A DNA stretch of 64,000 nucleotides from Eledone cirrhosa (Eukaryota), in contig OZ024742.1 of the NCBI GenBank assembly GCA_964016885.1, forward strand, positions 32,612,001 to 32,676,000, given 5' to 3'. Of the stretch, positions 1 through 13,125 are shown in pieces. How positions within the stretch are numbered: position 1 is the first letter of the stretch; each line of letters starts with the position of its first letter. The notes under the pieces are model-generated. The model worked only from the letters and a program-made list of their open reading frames with translations, did no database searches and was not told the origin of the DNA. Made by a program: the position numbers and the translations under genes.

Positions 1-653
1 CATATGCGTACGGCCTCTCCCACTCTGTCTCACTCTTTTTCTATCATTCCTCTCTTGCTATCGCTCACTCTATCTTCCTTCCTCTTCACCTCTCTCACAC
101 TTTTCTTTCTCTCTCTACCTCTCTCTCATACTGTTCCTTTGCATATACCTCCTATTTACGTTCTTTATGCATATATATATATAAATATATATATACCCCA
201 CCATACAGACAGGCATATAACTATGCAATTTCTTAACTTTTCACTCTTAGCTTTGTCCAGCGAGATTTGCTATCCTCATACTTTCTCTCCACTCCTCCTC
301 CTTTAATATATGTAAGGTGTATGTGTGATACCTGTATGTATGTACGTTTCTGTCTCTCTCTCCCCCTTATCCGATGGAAATATTTTAACTTTCGGTTTCT
401 TATATATAGATAAATAGATAGATGAGGTGTTACTAGTAAGACCATTGTTCAGCTTTCTGTCCTACGGCTGAGCTCTTATCGTAGGACAGAAAATCATTAT
501 AATATATATATATGTATATATGTAGAAGTTATATTTAATTTGTTGGGATACAACAAGCAAATATTTTTATAACTGATGTAAAGCACTCAACAAATTTTTG
601 GAGTAAAAATACAATATATTAACAAATGGAAACTATATTTATAAAACCATATT

Positions 654-718
654 TATTTCATTATACATATTTCAAGGACACCAAAGCAAATTATGGTGCG
701 CTTTCATCAGATAAAATA
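654..718 (-). ncRNA. Type I minimal hammerhead ribozyme (family A) in a PLE-type terminal repeat
   Basis: Minus strand reads TATTTTAT-CTGATGA-AAG C GCACCA..TGGTGT C CTT-GAAA-TATGTA-TA-ATGAAATA: core, stem II, short stem III loop and stem I are all present. It is followed by the family tail (523-653) and (TA)n. Confidence 0.8.
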
Positions 719-846
719 TAATATAGATCAGTTTTATAAACAAATATTGACATACCCTTAAAAAATGCGACCATATATTATAATATATATACATATACAT
801 ATATTATAATATTAATAAATGGAAAATATCTTTATAAAACCATATT

Positions 847-903
847 TATTTTATTATACGTATTTCAAGGGTACTAATATTTAAGAACGCTTTCCTCAGA
901 TAA
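847..903 (-). ncRNA. Degenerate hammerhead ribozyme (family A)
   Basis: Minus strand CTGAGGA-AAG C..C CTT-GAAA-TACGTA-TA-ATAAAATA with palindromic loop III; stem I is partly eroded. Confidence 0.6.
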
Positions 904-1323
904 CTATCTTAACACCAATTATTACGGAAATACTTAACATATATTTATGTGTGTGTGTGTGTTAAGTATTTCCGTAGAAAAGGTAAAGGAAAGAAGAGTG
1001 TTCTATATATAGTACAGAGCTATTTAATTACATAATAAACAACATAATATAATTATTCCATTACTAAAGGTTCAAGAAACTAGACGATCCTTACAGAAAC
1101 GCCCAGCCCGTTCATCGGTTGAAATAGTTATCTCTCTATAAATATATATGTGTGTGTGTGTGTGTTTGTGTAAGGTGGGTTCTTTGCCCTGACGGCTAAG
1201 CTTATACCATTTTGATAACATTGCTTTCGAAACCGTATAAGCTTAGCCGTCGGGCAAAGAACCCCTATAATTATATCTACACTCTACTTTCCTTCAGTAA
1301 ACAGAAGTCATTTTTTTTTTTCA

Positions 1324-2490
1324 CGGCAATGTGGCTAACATCCTCCGTTTTTGTTTCGCACAGCCTGCATTTAATGTCAACTAATGACTTCCCCTTTTGT
1401 GCAGTAGGTACTTAGTGGGGATTTCTTGTTCTTGGATTGCATGAAAGAATCCTTCAAGTTGGGATGTTATGAACTCGTCGGAACTCCATGTCAGAATTTT
1501 AGTGTGATTTAGTCCCTCTGTGGTATGCGGTTTTTGTCTCAGGTACTCTTGTACAACCTTTTCATTGAACTAGTCAGTTTTTTTTTTTTATTTTGCTCAA
1601 GCATTAATTAGATTTTTCTAGTGTTCTTGGGAGAGAGATCTATGTCAGCTTTTATTTCACGTCTTCCTTGAAGTTCAATGGCTATCCTCATTATATTGTT
1701 ATTTTCCAGTTTGTAAACCTGGGCGAAATGGCTGCTGACTTTTTCTATTGTTGAAGACGTTGCTTCACTGTTACTATCCATGTCTCATACATTGTTAATA
1801 TGGAGCGAGTCCTGTTGGAAGCAACCGTCTCCAACTAATCAAGCTGGATTCCCAAGCGAGACCAGCCCAGCTCATGGATGTTATCCAACCGTCTTGCTCG
1901 GGATCTACCCCTTGGTCTCCTGCCAGTTGGTTTTGTCCCTAAAATCAGTCCAGCGATTCTTTCCTGAGACATTCTAATCACATGCCCATTGTATCGGAGT
2001 TGTGATCTCTCAATTCTTACATCCATCTCGTTTAATTCTTGCAGTGACCAGTTCAGCTGGCCAAATATTAGGATGAATACAGCAAGGTGGTGGACATTGT
2101 GGATGAAGCTGAGAGCTCTGATGACTATATTCTCTGTCCAAAATATCTGTAGTTGTCACCTAACTGTAAATGTTATATCGTCAAGCTGTTCATGTTTAGA
2201 TTTTTGGAAGAGAGCATAACTTTTCCACGTTTTGTCACCAAAAATGCCCATTTGGACTCATCAAATTCCATTCCAATGTCTGTGGAGAATTAGGTAACGA
2301 GGTCCAATTGCTTTTTGGTGTGGTTGATATTTGGCTCAAACAACATCAAGTCATCGACAAAGAAAAGGTATGAGATACTTCTGGAAACATTTTTATGACT
2401 ACTATGTGTTGTGAGCAGGAATGATAATGGATTTAAAGAGGATGAGGGGACATTGATAAGCTATCGCCTTGCAAGATGCCTTTTTGCATA
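1324..2490 (-). mobile_element. Degenerate R4/Dong-like (RLE-type) non-LTR retrotransposon
   Basis: Manual minus-strand translation gives KGILQGDSLS and ISYLFFVDDLML (RT motifs, ~2340-2485) and SQLEGFFHAIQEQEIPTKYL..KCRLCETKTEDVSHI (zinc-knuckle region, ~1327-1495); the frames are broken. Confidence 0.7.
1790..2075 (-). mobile_element. RTE-type LINE 3' ORF fragment nested in the R4-like element
   Basis: ORF 1835-2026 IERSQLRYNGHVIRM..RRPRGRSRARRLD matches the RTE C-terminal motif (LRWxGHVxRM..RxRGRP). Confidence 0.6.
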
Positions 2491-3419
2491 TATGTCTAAC
2501 CCATGCTAGCGTGGAAGAACGTCTAACCCATGCTAGCGTGGAAGAACGGACGTAAAACGGTGATGATGATGATGATGATGATATATATATATATATATAC
2601 ACACACGCACACGCACACGCACACACATATATAGGGTGAGGAGGTGAGCATTGCCCTTCCATGTTATGTCTGTATGTTTTTGTGTCTTATATCATTTTTT
2701 TTTTTGTAAGAGTGTAGCGTTCGTGTGGCAGACGGACCAAAAATTCAGATCACATTATTATAGAGACTAGTGTGCTACTCATCATATGACTGGTAAATTT
2801 GAGAATATACATTTGCCACTGTGGGTAACAATAGGGAAATACATAAAAATGTGTACATGTTTTAATAAAAATATATTCACATGTTTACTCCTTCAAACCA
2901 TATGGTAAAGTTTTCTCTGACACTCTCTCATGCTCCCCTCTCTTTCTTCATATGATGTCAAACTTGACCCCAGACCAACTAACCAACCAACATAGCGGGT
3001 TATATATATTACAAATTAGAGCAATGTTTCCCAGACTATATGCGGCGCCAGATTTGTGCCCTATGAAACACTGGTGTGCAGCAAAAGATCAACATTCTAT
3101 TTCAAAATGTGAAAAATAGGAATTAAAATTTGTAATTATATTTAACTGTCGAAGTGGAAACAACGAAACTAAAAATGAAAACATTGTCAAAAAAAATCAA
3201 AAAATCACTACGTGCATGTTTCTCATAACTTTGCTCCATTTACTGAATAAAGAAGGAAGTAAAAATAATGTTATATTTTTAATTATCTATATTTCTAAAA
3301 ACGTTTTGGAATAAATTTTCAAATTTAAGTAAGAAAAAAATAGCAGATAACACAGAATTCCTGATTGTATGCAGTTATCTCCCTTCCCTGTTCAAGTCAA
3401 CCCATTACAACTAGAGCAA

Positions 3420-3765
3420 GTAAGCTTCAACCACGGAGACGGCAACGGAATTACCCTCTCCCCATTCGAAGGAGGTAAATCCCTGATCTGGGACGCCACA
3501 TTCTGTGACACGTTCTCCGCCTCCAACTTAGTCACATCGGCCACAAACCCTGGTAATGCGGCCCGCAATTCAGAGGACAGGAAGACCGGGGCTTGTCCGG
3601 TCGCTTCCTCTGCGCACCGGTCATCGTCGAGACCTCAGGCGTGGTCGGACCCTGTACTGTCGAGTTCCTCCGCAAAATCGGAACGCTAGCTGCCCGTTTT
3701 AGGAAAGAGCCCCGCGAGGCGGGGTGGCTGTTGCAGCGGGGTAATACCTCTGCAGTTTTATGAGA
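3420..3765 (+). mobile_element. CRE-like LINE fragment (restriction-like endonuclease region)
   Basis: ORF 3369-3689 GITLSPFEGGKSLIWDATFCDTFSASNL, then WLLQRGN in another frame; this resembles the RLE domain of CRE-type elements. Confidence 0.6.
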
Positions 3766-4094
3766 ATGACTGTCCCCTCGCCTCTGTTAAAAGTTACGAC
3801 GGATCGTAAAAGGAATTCTTGACATTAGATCTTGAAATAAGATAACGAAAATATCGTCAGTGATTCATTGCGTTGTACAGTGAGTGAAAGTAAAACTAAG
3901 TAATTAACTAAACGTATGGACTAAATAAAATCAAGTGGAATTACACACGGAAAAGCCGATCGTATAAAATGAATCTCCAAGGGAAATATTTGATACATTG
4001 AAACACGCGTAAGGAGGACTAAATAAATACTGGAATGGTGGATTTGTAAATTAGGGAACACTTAATTAATTAAGCTTACAACGCTTTTCACATC

Positions 4095-4701
4095 AGTACA
4101 AAATAATTGTTTCTACTTTTTGGTACAAGGCCAGCAATTACCCAGTGCCTTGCTGGTACTTTATTTTATCGACTCCGTAAGGATGAAAGGCAGCAGTACA
4201 AAATAATTGTTTCTACTTTTGGCACAAGGCCATCAATTACTCAGTGCATTACTGGTACTTTATTTTATCGACCCCATAAGGATGAAAGGCAAAGTTAACC
4301 TCGGCGGGATTTGAACTCAGACTGCAAAGGGACGTAACTATGTTGGAAAGCATAGCGTCCGACTCTCTACCGATACTGCCAATCCGTACAAAATAATGGT
4401 TTCTTATATAGGGACACCGTCAGTAATTTGGGGGAAGGGGTAGTCGATTAAATTGACCTCAGTGCGTGACTGGTACTTCATTTTATCGACCCCGTAAGGA
4501 TGAAAGGCAAAGTTAAAATAATTGTTTCTACTTTAGGCACAAGGCCAGCAATTACCCAGTGCATTACTGGTACTTTATTTTATCGACCCCGTAAGGATGA
4601 AAGGCAAAGTCAACCTCGGCGGGATTTGAACTCAGATCGTAAAGGGACGTAACCATGCTGGAAAGCATGGCGTCCGACCCTCTACCGATACTGCCAATCC
4701 G
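4095..4701 (-). mobile_element. Cluster of four partial/complete tRNA-headed SINE copies
   Basis: Repeated ACTGGTACTTTATTTTATCGACCCCGTAAGGATGAAAGGCAAAG. The minus strand has A-box TGGCAGTATCGG and B-box GAGTTCAAATCC. Further copies lie at ~5620-5716 and ~13262-13420. Confidence 0.8.
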
Positions 4702-4937
4702 AAGGATCAAAACATCCTTCAGTGTCAAGGGATTACTTTTCTAAAAATTTAAACGGCTGAGAGGTGCTTATCTGTAACTCCGAGTGACCCGCCTCTGTTA
4801 TTCCAACTGAAGAAATCCCCGAGGCTGGGAAGATCCGAGAGTTCCCTGTCTCGCTTCATTCCATTTTCGGAAAATATGATTGAAAGCATAGCTGAAAACA
4901 CGAAAAAACCTAGGTGAAAAAATGTCTTCATGATCCC

Positions 4938-4972
<35 letters not shown>

Positions 4973-5978
4973 CTGTGTATATATATAAATATATTCTTAC
5001 AAACACGCATAGTGTGGATACATGTGTCTAGACAATACCTTACCCTTGCATTGTTATGTCACTGCTCCTAAGGAAAACAATTTTTCAAATTTATATTGGT
5101 GAGCTGATTTTAGATTCTAATAGTGACTACGCACTTCGATTAGCCTATACTTTTGTCAGACACTATGATTAATTACTTCACGTATTAAAATCAATATTTT
5201 AATAGACACACACACACATATATCTATAGAAAGAGTGAGACACATACAGAGATAGATTGAAAAGAGAGTGAGTCAGATGTCAAACCGGGCGACAACAAAC
5301 GAAAAAAACGTGGAAAAGTATTATAGTTAGAGAGAGGGGATAGACTGAGTGAAAGCTGAAGTAGTATTTCACTTTTTTATAGATAGCATGAGGGAACAGT
5401 GCTAGAAATAGCAGTATATTCTTGCCCCCCCCCCTTCATTTTCGGAAAATGAGTCGACAGCGAGGAGATCAGATTAGTTGAAAACACGAAAAACTTTAAT
5501 TATTATCAATTTTGTTTAGTGTTATTATCGGTCAACGTACACTCTTCCTTTTTATAAGGATGTCGAAGATAGATATGTGTGCGTACACACGATTATCTGC
5601 TTGTTGTGAAAACTGCGATAAATAATTGTTTCTACTTTAGGCACAAGGCCAGCAAATACCCAGTGCCTTACTGGTACTTTATTTTATCGACCCCGTAAGG
5701 ATGAAAGGCAAAGTCAGATAAATAATAAAAATCAAGGTATTTAAGTTCGGCTGAATTACCTCCCTTCACACAAATGTGAAATTTTCATTTCCTATTTATT
5801 GATTTTATAGAATAAACATCTAAGTTGATGGGTACACACGTAAGGTTATGATTGCTTCTCGGAACGGACGGTTTGTTGTGTCTTTAGACAAGCAACCTTA
5901 TTTCATGTTGCTCCAATCTATTCCGCTGGGACAATGTGTTGCGTAGCTGTATCGATATCTACTTTTCCCCATGAACGT

Positions 5979-6017
<39 letters not shown>

Positions 6018-6115
6018 GGCTGGCCCTTTGAATTACACGTACAGTGTGTATATATATATATATATATATATTATTCAAAATATTAATAAATGGATACATT
6101 TACATAATCAAAATA

Positions 6116-6181
6116 TGTTTTATTATATATATTTCGGAGGTACTGTGCTGTTTTTTCAGTACGTCCTCATCAGATAAAATA
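6116..6181 (-). ncRNA. Hammerhead ribozyme (family A-related) in left arm of fold-back cassette
   Basis: TATTTTAT-CTGATGA-GGA C GTACTG..CAGTAC C TCC-GAAA-TATATA-TA-ATAAAACA. The mirror copy at ~6309-6374 (+) has TTGATGA (core C->T). Confidence 0.8.
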
Positions 6182-6514
6182 CATAAATTGATGCATGACA
6201 TACCTCAACTGTGCTGATGGTTCAATTCCAGTCTTGGCAATCAGGAAGACTGCCAAGACTGGAATTGAACCATCAGCACAGTTGAGGCATGTCATGCATC
6301 AATTTATGTATTTTGTTTGATGAGGACGTACTGAAAAAACAGCACAGTACCTCCGAAATATATATAATAAAACATATTTTGATTATGTAAATGTATCCAT
6401 TTATTAATATTTTGAATAATATTAATAACTCCAGAAAATGTCTCAGTTGAGTGCTTTTAATCTATTGTAAAACTGTATTAATTGAATAATCAATGAACCT
6501 TGTTTAACATTTGG

Positions 6515-6571
<57 letters not shown>

Positions 6572-6572
<1 letters not shown>

Positions 6573-6725
6573 AGGGAGCCGGGCCGCTGCCATCGAAGTT
6601 CTTCTTAGCGTTAGCTGCTCGCCTTACCGAGGTGTTAGGTGATGCCCGTAATAGTACCTGGTTGTTCTAGTGCCTTAGCCTCACTATCACCTACGGTAAT
6701 GCTGCGAGTGTGTTGGCTTGCTTCA
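6572..6725 (+). mobile_element. CRE-like LINE 3' fragment
   Basis: Translates GAGPLPSKFFLALAARLTEVLGDARNSTWLF*CLSLTITYGNAASVLAC, similar to the C-terminus of the 3.4-kb and 33-kb fragments; starts directly after a (TA)n run. Confidence 0.55.
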
Positions 6726-7254
6726 AAAATTTCCAATGACCCTCGTGGTGTGACCAACGGACGCACTTGGTGGTGAATTGAGGTTTTTTTTTCTTTCGCT
6801 TTGATTATATATTTTTGTGTATTATATTTATAAGATTCCTAGCAATAATTAATTGATTATGTGTACTTCCATTTAATCTTATATATTTGTTATATGATAA
6901 TAATCAAGTAAATAGAAGATAACAATAAAAAGAATTAATCGTTCTAAATGCATGTACAAAACACTAGCAATATCTCACTTGATATCATCAGTATATATGA
7001 AGCTAAGTTAGTGATTGTTATGAATAAACACGACAAATACCAATAATTTGGGTTAGATATATTAACTTTACATCACTTCAGCAAAAAGGAAAAATAATAT
7101 GATTATTTCGGATCATAAAAATATAAATTTTGATGGTAGCACTCACAAATAAATGTAAGTGTTCAAAAATCCCTGTTTGCTGGAGAATCTTTCTTTAATA
7201 TGCTATGTTCCATTAAAAAGTGACAAACTGCAGTTAGTCAGTATTACCAGCAGA

Positions 7255-9215
7255 GTAATAATAATGAAAATATTGTGTACAGTGCTCAGGTGCACTACAA
7301 CTCATCAAAAGTGTATGTATAGTACATAGGGTAATTTTCAAACGTCAGGAAAATGAACAGTGCATGAGTCATGATATACACACGTGTGCATGTGTATGGA
7401 AGGGGGACATCAGGTGTAGTTTTGGCGAATTGCGGGAAGCATGAGGGTTTTAAAGCATGCAGTGTCTCGGCAGCTAACTGACGCAGGCAGTTTGTTCCAT
7501 GCTTCAGCAACTCTAAGCGTGAAAAAATGTTTCCGAAAGTCATGGGAGCTGTGCTGTTTTCTGACTTTGTAGGTATGTCCACGTGTGTTAGACACATGGA
7601 GATCAAAAAGGTGCTCAGGGTTGTTGTTGGCGAGATGGTTAATAACTTTGTGGGTGTTTACCAAGTCCATTGCCAGACGTCGGAGCTTCAATGAATCCAT
7701 GCCCAGGGAAGCAGGGCGTTCAGAGTATGGTAGGTGTCTGATGGAGGGTATGCGCTTGGTTGCACGTCTCTGAACAGTTTCCAGGAGGTCAATGTTCTGA
7801 GCAAGATAAGGGTTCCAGACTGATGATGCGAATTCCAAGTGTGGTCGTACCATAGCTGTATACAGTTTTAAATAGGTGGCTGGAGAGCGGCTAACAAAGG
7901 TCTTGCTGAGTGATGCCAAGACACCCTCGGCCTTCTTGACAATCTTAGAGACATGCTTTGTCCAACGCAAATCGCTGCTGACAGTAATGCCCAGGTCACG
8001 TTCACAAGAAGACTTCTTGATATCAGTGCTGTGGAGGGAGTATGTGGACGCTGGATTTTTCCTCCCAAAATGCATGGTGGTACACTTGTCCACAGCCATC
8101 TTCAGTTGCCAGTCTGTAATCCATTGCTGCATTGTGTCCAGGTCTGATTGTAAGAAAGATAGATTTCAGGATCTGTCCTTTTGATTTCAAGGTACAGCTT
8201 GATGTCATCTGCATATTTCAGTACCGTGGCATTCTTTAAGTTGGCATCAATGTCATTAATATATGCCACAAACAAAAGGGGACCAAGAACAGATCCCTGT
8301 GATACACCAGATGACATCTCATATGGTGAAGAATGCTGTCCTAGAACCGTGACTACTTCTTTTCGGCTGAGAATGAAGGATTTCAACCAGTTAAAAAGAT
8401 CATCCCTCACACCCATTGCAGAGAGTTTCGCCATAAGTCTTTTGTGTGGCACAGAATTAAAAGCCTTAGCAAAGTCAAGGTAAACAACATCCACCCATGA
8501 GCCGCTGTCAGTGATCCGGGTAATGTCTTCAAGGAACTCGATAAGCTGATCACAGCAGCTGGAGTTAGGGATAAATCCAAATTGCATGGGCCGGATGAGG
8601 CTGTGAGAGCTCCAGAAGCTCCAAAGTGTTTCTCTGACACAGGATTCCATCAGTTTGGCAATACAGCTAGTAAGACTGACTGGACGATAGTTGACAGGTG
8701 ACGTGCGGTCGCCCTTTTTGAACAGAGGAATGACACTGGCAGTTTTCCACTGCTCCAGAGTAGCACCATTGTTGAGACAGTATTGAAAGAAGAAAGAAAG
8801 CTGGTGCAAAAGGAAATACCCGCCACGTTTGAGAAGCAGGTATGTAACACCATCAAGACCAGGGGAGGCATAGTTGCGCTTATTCTTAAGGTGACGTCGC
8901 AGCATTGCAGGTGTAAATTCCATAGTTGTTATGGAATTTGATGTTAGAGATGGTACATTCTGGTTTTCAACAGTAAAAATAGCATTCAGCAATGAGTTCT
9001 GCGCATACTTTGGTATCGTCAGTGATCTGGCTTGTGTGGGGATTGCGAAGAGGACCAACTGGAGAGTGAGGTCTCTGCTTTGAATGTACATATTTCCAGA
9101 ACACCTTACTGTCAGGATTTCTTGCTATACACTGTTCAAATTCAAGCACTGCCTTCTTTGTCACTTGTTTGAGATGGTTAGAAGATTTATTCCGCTTTTT
9201 AGTAGTAGTAAGCTT
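7255..9215 (-). mobile_element. 5'-truncated CR1/Jockey-like LINE, frameshifted RT
   Basis: ORFs 8102-9091 (NYRPVSLTS, DFAKAFNSVPH, GVSQGSVLGP, YADD) and 7410-8132 (YTAMVRPHLEFASSVWNP); 3' UTR ends in short TTA-type repeats; second 3' copy at 40411-40735. Confidence 0.9.
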
Positions 9216-10362
9216 CCGAGGGACCAGAGTCAAATGACCCAAAGATAAACTTATCTCACTTCACCTCAATCTGGCCGGCCTCTCCAGACCACTGACGCCA
9301 ACTGAGATGAATGGAAATAGCAGCCAGATGTCATTCACCCAACCTTCCGACATTTGTCTTGAGTTACAGTTAACTAAAAAGACGAATAATTTCGAACAGC
9401 TTTAAAGGTCAGGTTCGTTGAAAACATACAACATACAACTCTAGAGAAATCTCCGAGAGTCTACCCTCTTTCCTCCATTTTCTAAAAAAAACAAAACCAA
9501 TAACCCCCCCCCCCAAAAAAAACAGTCGTTTCCAACGGATTTGGTGGTAACATGAAACGAGTTTTCCTTACAGTGGTGTTTTCAATGAATGCCTTTTAAA
9601 ACCATGTGGAATTATTCGTTTTTTAGGTAACCGCATCTCTAGAGAAATGTCGGAAGGTTGGGACAGCGAGAGTGTCGTATGCTAGGGTTTGGGTTAAGGC
9701 ATATATATATGAACACATGCATACACACAAATATATATGTGCATGAATGTTCGGCAAACTGATATTGAGAGTTAGCCGAACATACATATATATTGTACAT
9801 AATCTTACACCTATCATTTTATTGTTTCTTTCCGATGGATTTGGATGTCAGATTCGTTGAAAACAAATGAAAAAGCCTAGAAAAGAAAAAGAATTCCTAC
9901 CAGAGAATGTGCGAAACTCCAAGGTTCCCTCTCACCTCCGTTTTCGATGGGACCTAACGGGTGCTTTTCTATAAATTTAAATGACAGAGCAGTGCCTATA
10001 TGTAATTCCGAGGGTCGCCCTCCTTCCAGGAAAAAGGAGTCGTTTGCAAGTGTGTTGGGTGTAAGTTTCGCTGAATGTCAGATTCGTTGAAAACAAACGA
10101 AAAAACCTTGGAAAGAAAAAAAATTCGCACCAAAGAAAACTCCGAGGGTGCTCTCTCTCGTCCTCTTCCTTTTTCAGAAAAAAGTCGATTGCGAATGAGC
10201 TGGAGGTCAGATTACTTGAAAACACGAAAAAAATTCTATTTGGGAGAATGGGACGTACATTTCAGGGCTAACCTATGGCACAAAGTAACCAGACACCGCC
10301 CCTAGTTGTAGTGTCACGACTAGAACTTTGGAGGCTTCAACTACTCTAATATGCACACACAG

Positions 10363-11310
10363 TGTGGGGCTAGGGTGCAGGGAAGGTCTTGCTGGAAGCG
10401 AGGGGCCAGTGACGTCATATCGGAAGTTTGCGGGTGTTTAGGGCTCTCTTTGGTCAGGAAGTTGTACCGCGTGGACGTGCGGTTTCATGGCTGCTAGATT
10501 GGGTGTGTGAGGCTTGCTATAATCTTAGGCCGGGCGTAAAACAGGAGAACACTCGCGCAGAGAGATTCAGTCCGGCTCGTGTGGACACGCAAAAGTAGGT
10601 TCCTTCGTTTCCTACGATAAGCTACTTCCGTGAAATGGTACATGTCTGCCTGTGTGGGACAGACCGAGAAGTCGGTGCCATATAGGGCGATAGATATGAA
10701 TGGCGACATCCGTGCACGTTATTTCAAAGACCTCTGTGGAAGAGAGAATGAATGCGTTCGTATTTCAAATACCTGTGGAAGAGAGAGGGAATGCGTTCGT
10801 ACAAGTGGGCGAGGAAGTCTGGGTCAAGCCACCAAGTGCGCGTTGCACATCTCAATGGGGAAAGGGAATGGTAACGGCTGTAAATTCCTGAAACAACGTG
10901 TCTATAGACGGAATGCCGTGTCACTTCTTCGATGTTCGCAGAGTCTTTCATTTGACAGACATCGGAGAAGAGAACGAAAGCGTCGCCCCAGTTGTGTGGA
11001 GATCGCAACGAGAACGCCGCTCATTCAGGAGGATGACGGATTTTAACATTGAGTGATATGAGGGGGTGATTGATCCTTGAGAGGGGGGGGGGGGGGCTAG
11101 GGTGCCGGAAGTGCAGGGGATGTCTTGCCGGAAGCGAGGGGCCAGTGACGTCACATCAGAAGTTCATGGGTCTTTAGGGCTTTCATTGGTCAGGAAGTTG
11201 TACCGCGTGCATGTGTGTATTCATGACTGCTATGATTGAGTGTGTGAGGCTTGCTATATTCTTTGGCTGGACTTATAACGGGAACATCCACGCAGGAAGA
11301 TTCAGTCCAG
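10363..11310 (+). mobile_element. Internally deleted Gypsy-like LTR retrotransposon remnant
   Basis: Diverged direct repeats at ~10363-10573 (starts TG) and ~11093-11310, with a polypurine G-run just before the second. The interior encodes VQVGEEVWVKPPSARCTSQWGKGMVTAVNS, resembling an integrase C-terminus. Confidence 0.65.
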
Positions 11311-12013
11311 AATATTGAAAATACATGGGAACGGACGAAGAAAATGTTAAAGATTTACAAAAAAAAAATTCACAAAGAAATTATTCGGAATTTAGCGAAA
11401 AATCGGGTGCCTTTCAGTTTCATTTTATTATCAGTTTAATCTATACGTAAATGTTGGACCTTCGTCAGCTCCGACGAGGAGTGTTACAGTTGTTTGGTCA
11501 ATGGAACAACCTCTTTGTGAAATTAACGTACAAGCAGCAGAATTTCGGAGATAAGTGCATCTTTAATGTAATTCTAAGGAAGATTCAGTATGGCACTGGG
11601 AAACAAAGGCTAGCTCTTTGAATTACTGATACAACTGTTTTGGATTTTTTTTCCAGTCGAGTTGACTGGAGTAGCGTGAAATAAAATAACAAAGCGCTGT
11701 CTGTCAAATACTATATCTACCTTTCGTGGATTTACAGAAGTCTTAGCGGATAGGAGAGGAGACAAGACTCAACCCTTTCGGGGAAGTAGCCTTGCTCGAT
11801 ATATATAAAATGAATAGGTAGAAACAACTATAGGATGTAAATCTTGTACGCAATGTAAATCTTGGGTACACAAAAAGTGTAGTGGAATATCAGTCAGACT
11901 AATAGTAAAGGGAGATTTTATATGTAGCAGATACACAGGGATAGCTGTCAATAGGAGCACCAATGAAATAAACTTTTTCAATATCAGAAAGAATCCATAA
12001 AAATAGTTGATGG

Positions 12014-12507
12014 TGTAGCAAGAGTTGCCTCCCTTGTTATGACAATCACATCACCACTCTCTAGACAGGAAGTAGCTGGAGTTACTTCCCGTTGGAGTGG
12101 CAGAGCCCTTTCTGTCACTTCCGTCTTGAGACCCTATAAAAGGGATACTCAGACAATCTCTCTCTCATTTGCCCTCTTCTAACCTGCCTGGCCCTTCGGC
12201 CACGCGGGTTCGCCTGGCAACCCTAACATGGTCTCTTGTGAGCTCACTTCAAAACGGTAACAAAGGGATCCTCAGAGCGATCTCTCTCTCATTTGCCCAC
12301 TTCTAACCTGCCTGGCCCTTCGGCCAGGCGGGTTCGCCTGGCAACCCTAACATGGTCTCTTGCGAGCTAACTTCAAAACGGTAACAAATAACTTTACTTC
12401 ATTCTTTCATCTACTCTTGACTTGTCAACCATTCTGTACTACATAACTTCAACTTGTTAATTAAACTTTATATACACAACCGAGCATCTTTGTTATATTC
12501 ATACACA
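12014..12507 (+). mobile_element. Probable solo LTR with internal ~123-bp tandem duplication
   Basis: TGT...ACA ends, TATAAAA at 12135, ATTAAA near 12460, duplicated block 12139-12388; no target-site duplication seen. Confidence 0.45.
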
Positions 12508-12519
12508 CCAGTATTTTGT

Positions 12520-13125
12520 TATAATGGCTTCTGTTACCTAGGTGATATAACTAGCTGTAGAAGAGATTGTTCTGAGAACATAATAGCTAGAATAAGAACA
12601 GGGTGGAAAGAGTTTAATGAGCTAATACCTCTTGACAACAAAAGGTTTCTCTCTACGAACGAAAAACCGGCTGCATGAAGCCTGTGTGCGATGTGCGATG
12701 CTGCATAGTAGTGAGGCATGGCGAGTGAAAGCAGAGGATATGCGAAGACTGGAGAGAAATGGTGCTGCATGCCTCGGTGGATGTGCAATATTAATATGTG
12801 TGAAAGAAAAACCATAGATGTGCTGAGAGAAAAGCTAAATATAAGAGGAATTAAATGTGTACAAGAGAGAAAACTACGTTGGTTTGGACATGGTGTGTAT
12901 GGAAGATGATCGTTGGATGAAGAAATGCTAAAAATCCTCAGTTATAGTAGAGGGAGACCAAGGAAGAGCTGGGCAGAAGTTGTGGGAACTGATCTACAAT
13001 CGCTGAAGCTCAGAGAGATGACAGAGGACCATAATGGGTGAACTTAAGCTGTGCTGGAAAAGACTCATACAAGCATGGAAAAGGCGTTGTAAAACGATGA
13101 TGCGGAGGAGGATGAGAATGATGAT
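12520..13125 (+). mobile_element. Degenerate RTE LINE 3' part
   Basis: Broken ORFs FCYLGD..ARIRTGWKEF, MLHSSEAW, ERKLRWFGH; ends in a GAT-type tail. Confidence 0.8.

Noticed and set aside
3020-3300. hAT-type MITE starting CAATGTTTCCCAGACT
   Set aside because: No matching second TIR or TSD found.
4600-4701. tRNA genes (also ~14620-14690, 42600-42677, 43010-43085)
   Set aside because: A/B boxes are present but there is no complete cloverleaf, and each continues into a SINE body.
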